From assembly GCA_051294375.1 (NCBI GenBank), contig CM119268.1, positions 13,961,037 to 14,025,036 of the forward strand: a stretch of DNA of 64,000 nt. Direction: 5' to 3'. Positions within the stretch are counted from its first letter, which is position 1; each line of letters begins with the position of its first letter. The stretch comes from Paraspadella gotoi (taxonomy: Eukaryota > Animalia > Chaetognatha). The notes beneath the pieces were generated by a model. It searched no databases and was not told the origin of the DNA. It saw only the letters and a program-made list of their open reading frames with translations. Positions 55,417 to 64,000 of the stretch are shown here, piece after piece. Made by a program: the position numbers and the translations under genes.

Positions 55417-55657
55417 TGAGTCCTTGGGCGATGGCCTGCTGTCGTTTGTCGCGCTTTCGCTCCTCGTCCCTCGTCTTTCTCTCTGCGCCCTTGTCGCAAA
55501 AGGACTTGAATTGGGCGTAGCCTCGATGGACGGGCACGCCCTCCTCGAACACGGCGTCCGAGCGATCGTAGGTGTCGATCTGGATGTGCAGGGCGTGGCC
55601 CCGAACACCCTTTTGGTTGGAGAAGTCCGTAGAGAGACATTGTAGGCATATGCTGAT
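55417..55657 (-). CDS. grh: Grainyhead-family TF exon (C-terminal part of DNA-binding domain)
   Basis: Acceptor gcgcag, donor gtgagt; 241 bp, phase 0/1. [30 protein letters not shown]...[26 protein letters not shown] contains the diagnostic CLSTDFS-QKG and FCDKGAERK motifs. Confidence 0.96.
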
Positions 55658-55828
55658 CTGCGCGCGGAAAGTAAAAATGGAGCAGACGTTAGCTTTTTGT
55701 TTAACCGTTGGAGAGACGGAGTACGATTGCAGTGAAAGGCGTCGGCTTCGGACAGCCAAGGAGGAAATAAACAAAAGTTCAGGGCTGTAAATTATTTTCG
55801 AAAAAAACTTTTTCCTGACTTAGTCATT

Positions 55829-56646
55829 CGGATTTCAAATGGGAGTGAAATGAAAAGATCAAATACTGTGGCTAAATTACTTGTTATAGCAACTTCAGAT
55901 TTTACACTCTGATAGAAAAATCGCTGACGTTTTTTTATTTTTCAACCCTCAATAGTCCAGCTTGCTAACTTTCTTAGTTATGTGCTCATCAATGGCATGA
56001 TCGAATTTCAAAAAAGGAAATTTTTTGCGTTTGAAAAGGACCTTACAGTTATAAGATATATTTTTATAAAAAACAAAAAGGGGCTAAATTTTACTTTCGC
56101 CGACCGCGGTTATGGCGGCTTTTGAAAAATTATTTAAAAATACTTATTTTTTATAAAAAATTAAAAATAAATATTACCTAATTACTCTAACCCTAAACCC
56201 TTCTAACCCTAAGCACCCCTAACCCTAAACTACCCTTAAATCACCCTTAACCCAAACACCTCCCGAACCCCGGTCGGCGAAAGAAAAAAAAAGTAAGAAA
56301 GCAACAACCAGTTGCTTCACTAAACATTGAAATATATTAATAGGAATTTTGTTACATGCTCCAAAGACATTATACTAACTAATGAATGTAAAATAAATTA
56401 AAATTTTCGGCTCAATATTTTTCACAATAAGAAATAGAACTATCAAATAAGACGGGAGAAATGTCGCAAAAAAAGCTGCTGGAAGGCAAGCGCACCAGTT
56501 GTTATGATGTAAAGTATTATTAATTTTCTAAATAGGAATATAAACGTCAAGGATTTTTTTAAGTAATGAAATTAACAAATATTAATCACATTCAGTCAGT
56601 TAAGAGTTATCACAACTCTTTTCATTTCACTCCCATTTGAAATCCG
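55829..56646. mobile_element. MITE-like non-autonomous DNA transposon with perfect 30-bp inverted repeats (grh intron)
   Basis: cggatttcaaatgggagtgaaatgaaaaga (55829-55858) is the exact reverse complement of 56617-56646. No internal ORF. True termini may extend a few bp further. Confidence 0.75.
56094..56283. mobile_element. Small MITE-like element nested inside the 55.8-56.6 kb element, with internal degenerate TAACCC repeats
   Basis: ctttcgccgaccgcggtt (56094-56111) vs aaccccggtcggcgaaag (56266-56283): 17/18 inverted match. Internal taaccct/aaaccct array at about 56185-56256. Confidence 0.65.
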
Positions 56647-56779
56647 TGTAGTAAAAGGTTTGTGATCAAATAGCCAAAGTCGCTTTTTTTTTCTTTTAAG
56701 TTTAGAAACGAGTTTTAAAAGTATGCAATTATTCTCATAACTGGAGCGAATGATTAATGATTAACATACATTCATATAC

Positions 56780-56874
56780 CTTCACTGGTCCTTCCGAAGG
56801 ATTCCAAGAAAATGCCATAGCATTATGGGAGACTTCTTCATAATGACCGATGATGCCTTGTTTCGTTTTGGAAT
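56780..56874 (-). CDS. grh: Grainyhead-family TF exon (CP2 domain)
   Basis: Acceptor tttttccag, donor gtatat; 95 bp, phase 1/0. Translates (D)SKTKQGIIGHYEEVSHNAMAFSWNPSEGPVK, matching the Grh EEVSHNA..WNP motif. Too short for the ORF track. Confidence 0.92.
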
Positions 56875-58620
56875 CTGGAAAAAAAATGGTAATGGTTATA
56901 AAAAGCGATTTGCATAAGTAACCATGAAAGTAATCATTTATATTCTTATTGAGGATATAGGATATTTTTTTATATAATTTTTTAAAACTTAAATTTCCTA
57001 AGCGGCTGGTGGTTGTTCGTCATGAACCATGGAGTATCCACGGCCAGAAACGAATTAAACGGGTGACCCGCGACCCCCGAACCGTGGCGACTCGACATAA
57101 TCTCACTACTCGGACGTCGGTCGCGCGTAAACAAAGTTCCCCTCGAAAACGACAAGGCCGTTAACAATGGCGTCCAGACGCGGCCCATATTTTTTATGCC
57201 TTTATTGAAAAGAGCCGAACAAGCGTTCTAGCGGGCAGAGAGAGAAGCAAGAAGAGAGAACAAATCCGTGGCGCTCGGTGGGTGTCGTCAGGGAGCGGCA
57301 ATCGGAGCTTGCTGTCGCCAAGATGCTGACTAAGAAAATATTATCTCCAAAGTACAGTTTATTGGCTGTTAACAATTGGGGAAAAAATGGATAGAATTCA
57401 AGGACACCTTACAAAGTACCTAGTCTTAAAATACACTTGCCTTCTGCCTACCTTAAAAAAAAAAAAAAACCCGATCAAACTGTAAAGAATAGCTCTCGAT
57501 TCTTCTTTCAGCCTCCGCTACTCGAGATCAAGGGATATCATGGACCAAAGGAGGGTCTGGTCAAACAACAGAGCAATATAAATTTATGAGACAATCGAAG
57601 CGCGAGGGATGGCGTTGGGATACTGAAAAGTGAATTTATTTCATGGAAGGGATTGAGAGAGACTGAGACAGCGCGGGAGAGAGATCAACTCGCCCAACTA
57701 GTCTGTCAGTTTAAATTATCCCCGCTCTGCTTGAGTCGAATACCCAAAAAAATCTTGAAATTTGTTTTTACTAAAAACAATCTCAGCGGGAGGCACGGGA
57801 AAGCGTTTTTATCGACGCCTTCGCGGACAGAGGAAGTATTACAATGAAGTAGCATTTTTCTTTTCTCCATCGACCACACTATTTCAGTGGGCTGTAATAT
57901 TTTTTTCCTTCTCTCTCTGTCTCTCTTTCTCTCTATCTGGTGACTAGATTTGAAAAGCTAACAAAACAATCCGTCTTCGTCCTCTTCGTTTTATGGTCGA
58001 ATGTCCCTGAGGGCCCTTGGATTGGCACAGCGCAGTGGTGGAAAAGGGAAGTAAAAGAAGGCGATGGCGAAAAGGTAAGTCGAGGCGCCCGAGGGCAGAG
58101 GAGGGATTTTCGCCTCTGCGCTTCAACCGAGTCACGAAGGATTCCGAAAATCCATCGAACTCGAAGATAAAAATCTCTCTCTCTCTCTCTCTCTCTCTTT
58201 CGGCGGAGAAAGAAAGAGAAATGATAATGACGCAGAGAGAGAGGGAGATAATGACTGAGCGCTGGAAGCAGAAAAGTATGAGAAAAGTCGATTTGGCGAG
58301 GATCAACAGCGGATGAAGAAAGATTTTATGAGGATGCGGTGTGGAAGTCTTATCGCCGCTGAAGAAGCTTTATTGTTATTGCGGTTCTTATTTATTTTTT
58401 GTAGCGTTTATGGGGGTAAAGAAGAAAAAGATTGGGTGCATTTTTCTTTCGAGGACAGATTTCCCCCGGATTTGGCTGCAGATTATTGGAGACAAAGAAG
58501 AATACAAAGAAACCGAGCAAAAAAAGTTTTGATTTTTTTAGTAAGTTTACACTGCGGCGCAAAAAAAAGGAGCGACTTGTTTCACACCGAGCAAAAGTAT
58601 ATCGGATGGCTGAATTTAAT

Positions 58621-58672
58621 TGAATTGGCGCTGAAGAAGACTCGTATGTGAGTCGAAACATGTCCGTTTCAC
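58621..58672 (+). ncRNA. Minimal type I hammerhead ribozyme motif (Penelope-like element type), antisense within grh intron
   Basis: CUGAAGA core (58631-58637), extra A, helix II GACUC-guaugu-GAGUC, GAAA, palindromic helix III ACAUGU, GUC triplet (58662-58664), helix I ggcg/cguu, and AATAAA about 14 nt downstream. Confidence 0.72.
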
Positions 58673-61600
58673 TATGAAATAAAAATCGTTGTTAAATCTC
58701 TCTTCAAACTTTGTTCTAATAAAAATAGGAAAAAAACATGAAACAAAGCTTATTGAAAGATGAGGCGATTGGTCCAAATCCTATAAAAATCAAGCAAAGC
58801 GTTCGAAAGTTAAAGGACGTCAAAGTTGCTTGGTAGAAATTAATTTTAATGAAAAAAAGTTTATAACTTTCCCCTATTATTAAATATTTAAAATATGATA
58901 TTAGCTAAACAAATTCAACATCAAATATCTTTAGGGATAGCTGTCAACCATTTTTAATCTAAATAAAATTAAAATAAGTAAAGAAACTATATAAAAACAA
59001 TCTTTTAAAATAAAGAAATAGCAGTTGAGTGATAACTTACCCAAGGTTACTTTCAAAGCTTTTACACATCTAAGTTTTTTCCTTAAAGCATATCGTGTTG
59101 AAGCATATTAATATAAACTCTTACAATTATATTAAAACTAATCTTTTTATTTTTATAATAAATTTACTTTTTGATTTTGAAATAATTTAAAAAAAATAAT
59201 TGTTTTAAATATTTATTATTAAAATGCTATTTTTAGTAATTAAAAAATATTTTTATTAAAACGTAAAGCAAATTTATTACCAACCCTTTTATATGTTTAA
59301 TTCTATTATGATTTTATCATTTTTATATTGTAAATATCAGTCAGAAAAAGAAGTGTCATCACCTTTAACCTTTGGAAATAATTGTTTTCCTAATTTTAAC
59401 TTTAAAGTCTCTACTGCCTGAACCAATTCTATTTTTTCTTGCACCAATTGATAGCTCTTAAAAATTTTAAATTAAAAAAAATAATATATTAAAAGCTAAC
59501 TAGTGGCTACTTTTTTTTGCACAAGTGTATAATTTTTAAATGAAATTATAAAACTGACACATAATAATATAATTGTAAAATACTTCATCCGGGCAGAGTG
59601 GGGAGTTTCTTGGGCTTTCAATAATGCCGCGTTTTTTCTTTTTCCTCGTCCTCCCGTTTTCGAGGGAAATTGTGTCCGAGCCGTTAAAACTTGAGAGGGT
59701 CCACCTGTGCGACTCCTTTATTTCTTTTATTTTTATTCCTTCCTTTTTAGCTCGATTCAATGAAAGAGAAAATCACAAGACGTCGGCGTCACGTGACGTT
59801 TTTCTTTTTCACTTCGCCTCCCTGAGAAAAAAAAATCTCGGGTCTCAAAACGGTAATTAATTGTTGCCGCGACGACGGGGATGACGAGAATGACGTCAAT
59901 CGCTCTCGATTTGATTCGATGCTAGAAGAATGATAATCATTCTCATTATCGTCCTGACTGAATGACCAGAAAAACCCAAAATTCTTTCATTTTTTTTTTA
60001 CCATCAACCACTGAACCGTCAAAATTGTGCACTTCAGTTTTAATCAATTTAAAAATATTGCAGCAGACTAATGTTTAATCTTTTAAAGTCTTTTAATACA
60101 AATGTCGATGTTTCAAATGGGGGTTGTGGGATTTTGGATCCCATCTCTATCGAGCTTGAAAATGACGCTTCTCTGCGTCTGTCATTCCTTTCTATCTTCT
60201 CCCTCGAGGGGCACAACGACGCATAATAAACGTCGTTGAATGGAATTGGCTTTAATTACCGTCGTAAACATTAAACATTCCCTCTTTCTCCGTCGACGTT
60301 TCCAATCGCGGATATTTGTAACCAATTACTTTGCCCGGCTGAGCAATTTAATTCCTTTACACATTTTCTCTCTCAATTAAATCTTCGACGCAGATTGATT
60401 AACATTAATAATTGAAGGAAAAAAGTAAATTGATTTCAGTATTAATACTAAGCAACACCAACAACAGCTTAATTCAAGAATTATAACGACTAAAAAGTCC
60501 TAAATATATACGTATACATTATACAATCAAACAAACTTTCTTTTAAAAGATATCATCCAGACTGTGTTTAAATTTTTTAGAGTTTGCCCCCTCTGAGATA
60601 AATCTCTTATTACTTCAGGTTGAAGACAGACTATTTTTTTCTCTCTTTTGAAAGCTTAACTACGATAATGAGGCACATCATTATAGGTAACGAGTGGAAA
60701 GAAAAGGAATGCGAAAACTTCGTCGGTCCGGTTTTTTGTCTTCGGCTTGGAGTGGAGAATTCTTCCCAAACCGAATCGAAAACTCAAATTACGGGCAACG
60801 ATGACTTCGTCATCGCATTCGTTCGCAGAGGCAAAGTCGCGAAATTTCCGTGGGCGACGCGAGACGTGACTCGGTAGGGTGTCGACCACTTTTATGACTT
60901 TAAGCCACAAAAGCTTTCTGACAAGCATTTTGTTTTGCAATTAAAACAGCGACTAATGCGGAATATGTCCTATTCGGTTAATATTAACATTCGGAGTGAA
61001 AGTTTGTCAGCCAAATTTTTTTTATAAACGGTTTAAATCAAAAGTTTAACCTAGCAAAATCTTTTTACATGAATTATAAAAAATAATTCAAATTTGACAA
61101 CTAAAAAACTAAAATCGTTGTGCAAACTTGGTTTAAATTATTATATAAAGATTGCTACAATTGTTACTTTTAAACTAGTGCAGTTCATAGCGCGAGTAAG
61201 GCTAATCACTTACCAGGAAACTATAAGTCCTTGACCCGGGGAAAACGGGAAAATCGGGTACAACTCTACTGAAGACAACAATCAGCTGATATCCCCAACC
61301 GGAAACCCGTCTATCCAGCATATCTTGACATAAGCGCGAAAACTCGAAATCCGCGTCAGTGGAGAACGAATGACGCGTTGCCGAGGGCGAAACCGGAGCG
61401 ATGCCCGTTAAAACGCAAGAACTGAACGGGCCATGTTTTAAGTTAAAAAACGGGAAAACCGGAGTTGGACGGATAGACCGGTCCAACGAACGCCGGGATT
61501 CGCACACGACCACACGCCGGATGCGAAGACCTGTCGTAAAACGAGTAAACGCCAATAACTGGCGCCGGCTGCAAGACCGGTCTGGCAACAAACGGAAAGA

Positions 61601-62926
61601 ACGGCGCGCGACTCTTAGCCCGAATCGGGCGCGGACATGGCAATAGAAGTAAAGCGAGGCGCCCGACAATTCGGACAACGATCTCATTCAATGGAGAAGA
61701 GAGATAATAAACAGCGACGAAATCCGATCAACAACAACGGCCTCTTGTCTCTACTCTACGAAGGAAAAGTCATTGGGCCAACGTTCCCACACACCTCAGA
61801 AAGTTAAGAAGGAAAAGAGAATGTCCCTCACGCTATCCTCAAAGGGCGTTTCGTTGCCCCGGTGTCCGAGTCGTAACAACCCCTTGCATCGCCTCTGCCA
61901 CCGACCGAAAAGACAGCGAGAGGGAACGAAAAGATTTTTTTCCCATGCATTCCGTCAGATGAGACAGAATATAGGTCGCCTTCGCATGAGAGGGAGAAAC
62001 TCAGTAAGAGAGAGCTTGCCTCGCGAGCTAGCAAAGAGTCTCCATAACAACCGCGAACTGAAAGTTGTTTCTCATCAACTTAGTGACATCAATAAAGAAA
62101 CGGAAAAGTGAAAGCAGACAGGTAAGATAAATTGGTAAGAGAATTCTTGAATCAAAATAAAACAAAATCGAGTCATAAAATCACTGCTTATTTTTCAATT
62201 ACGTCCTCCCGCCATAAAATCACTGATCTCTCCAAGGGGATAATTTAAGAGACCGAAATCTCAATTACCACCTCTCACCGGCGAGAAGGCGCCCTGTGGC
62301 GGTTCCCACACCACACGCGGGCCGACTGCGGGGCGCTTCGTGATTGTGGAAGAAGTTCACGGGAAAACAGGTGGATTGACGCCATAGGGCAAGAAGAAAA
62401 AACATTTTTGAATAGTCAATATGAAATACAGCCTATTCTCGATCCCAACAGAGCTTTATTAACCCATAAACAAACAAAAAATGACCGAAATTCAAGGGTA
62501 AAGTAATGCAATAAAGTAAAGAACGAAAAATAAAGGGAAGACGAAATCGAATAAAAAATCAAATATAATGTAACAAGGAAATGAAGGAATTAAAGCTTAA
62601 GGCTTCGTTTACCAGGGTGTAACTGAAATATTTATCACTTGACGTGGACTACCGACTTCAAAAAGAGAAATTGCCGTAATTAAGTTAGATCCTCCAAGCC
62701 TTACCTTTTTCTGAAAGGCTATTTCACGCGAAAGATAATCGCGAAAGATAACGAGCGGGAGGCAAAAAGAGTTCGATCTATGTCCCGGTAACATTTACTT
62801 TTTACGAAAACTATTTTTTTGTAATATTTTCCGGTGGGTTGTCTTGTTTGTGCAAATAAATTCTGGAATAGTTGTGCGAAAAGTATTTCGGGACGTTTAA
62901 AAAAATCCGCATTATAGCTGACTCAC

Positions 62927-63109
62927 CTATTTCAATGATTCTCTGCTTGAAGGAGTGCTGCTTGCTGTGCCAAAACTGCCAGGCCTTTATTTCCTCTTCC
63001 AACGAGCGCTTCTCCCTAAAGCTGACGTAGATAAAGGATTTGGCGACGACGGGGATTTCGTCGATGGGCGACGAGGGGATATACTCCAGAGTCAGTCCGT
63101 AATACTGTC
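62927..63109 (-). CDS. grh: Grainyhead/CP2-family transcription factor, first exon visible in window (DNA-binding domain; gene continues upstream, probably beyond window end)
   Basis: Acceptor ...ccgtccatacag, donor gtgagt; 183 bp, phase 1/1. Translates (G)QYYGLTLEYIPSSPIDEIPVVAKSFIYVSFREKRSLEEEIKAWQFWHSKQHSFKQRIIEI, matching the recalled Grh motif GQFYGITLEY...EIKAWQFWHSRQHSVKQRI. Confidence 0.93.
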
Positions 63110-63938
63110 CTGTATGGACGGGGAAATAAATGGGAGTGATAGAAAATTAAAAAAATAAGATATTTACAGGATGATGGAGGCCAAACGTACGGCGCTCGAA
63201 TTCTTGCGTGGAGATAGGACATTCATCGCAACTTTGCAGTCTGTTTATCATCACAAACCACCACCCTCCCCCTTTTTTGTCCATTCCCTTTCATAAATTT
63301 AGGGCTGCCAAAAAGGGGGGGGGGGAAAGCAACTCTCGAAAGCGATAAAGAAAAGCTTTTCCTTCCTCGTAAGGACGGTTCGATTCCCCGGTGACGACGG
63401 AGAGGCCGTGGTCAAGTGGGGAGAAAACCGGGTTTAATGGAAAAGGAGGCTCAAAAGGAAAAGGAGGCTCCAAAAGTATGTTTTCCTTCCTCCGAGGCCA
63501 GTCGGCGAATCGGGTTTTTACCAATAATTTCTTTTTGCTCTACGCGCGAAGTTCGAGAGACTCGCTCCCTTTTTTTTATCGTTAGCGACATTCGAAGACG
63601 TCAATCGTTGTCGAGATGGCCGCTTGTTCATTCGATTTCTCGATGCCCCGTTTTTATCCATTAATTACCTTTTAATTCTCTCTTACCAACCTCCCTCCCC
63701 CCCCCTTATTTGTATTTTTGTATACTGAAAGGTCGAAACGCCTAGTCCCTGCGCGACTCTCACCGACGGACTTATGACGGGAGGGAAGATCGTCGTTCGT
63801 CTCTGTCATTAATTCCGAGTCGTCGACGTCGTCGTCGTCATTGTCCAGAGTCACGGACCGCTGATTACGCATTTCGATTTTAGGTCCCGGGGGAACGAAA
63901 AGCCTTAACGACCTCGAATCTCCATATTCTCAACAGTC

Positions 63939-63976
<38 letters not shown>

Positions 63977-64000
63977 AACGCAACAATTTTAATTCCCTGT

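Noticed and set aside
53947-55790. Plus-strand ORFs overlapping grh exons
   Set aside because: Antisense shadows of GC-rich grh codons.
56185-56256. Interstitial telomeric array
   Set aside because: Short, degenerate and enclosed by inverted repeats; better explained as MITE-internal sequence.
56300-56315. AACCAGTT Grh-like binding site suggesting autoregulation
   Set aside because: A single 8-mer inside a transposon-like element is expected by chance.

Overview
Eukaryotic (metazoan, arthropod-like) genomic DNA, AT-rich and full of microsatellites ((AG)n, (GAAG)n, (AAAG)n, (AAAT)n, (GAC)n), from a draft assembly with 13 N-gaps. Most ORFs in the track are microsatellite read-throughs. The one clearly identifiable host gene is a 5'-truncated Grainyhead/CP2-family transcription factor on the minus strand: six phase-consistent GT-AG exons from 63109 down to the stop at 53866. 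A frameshifted, near full-length non-LTR retrotransposon (zinc-knuckle ORF1, APE, RT, poly-A tail) lies at about 3.6-8.7 kb on the minus strand. Most interesting biology: two related minimal hammerhead-ribozyme motifs of the Penelope-like type in grh introns. The antisense copy has an intact core. The sense copy has a core substitution and sits inside a long hairpin. Nested MITE-like elements, Helentron/HINE-like elements and an unidentified Gln-rich candidate exon are also present. A fold-back at 27.4-32.9 kb with an adapter-like centre and a noisy 3 kb direct duplication at 34.8-41.4 kb look like long-read assembly artefacts. I found no evidence for a CRISPR array or a novel multi-gene system.
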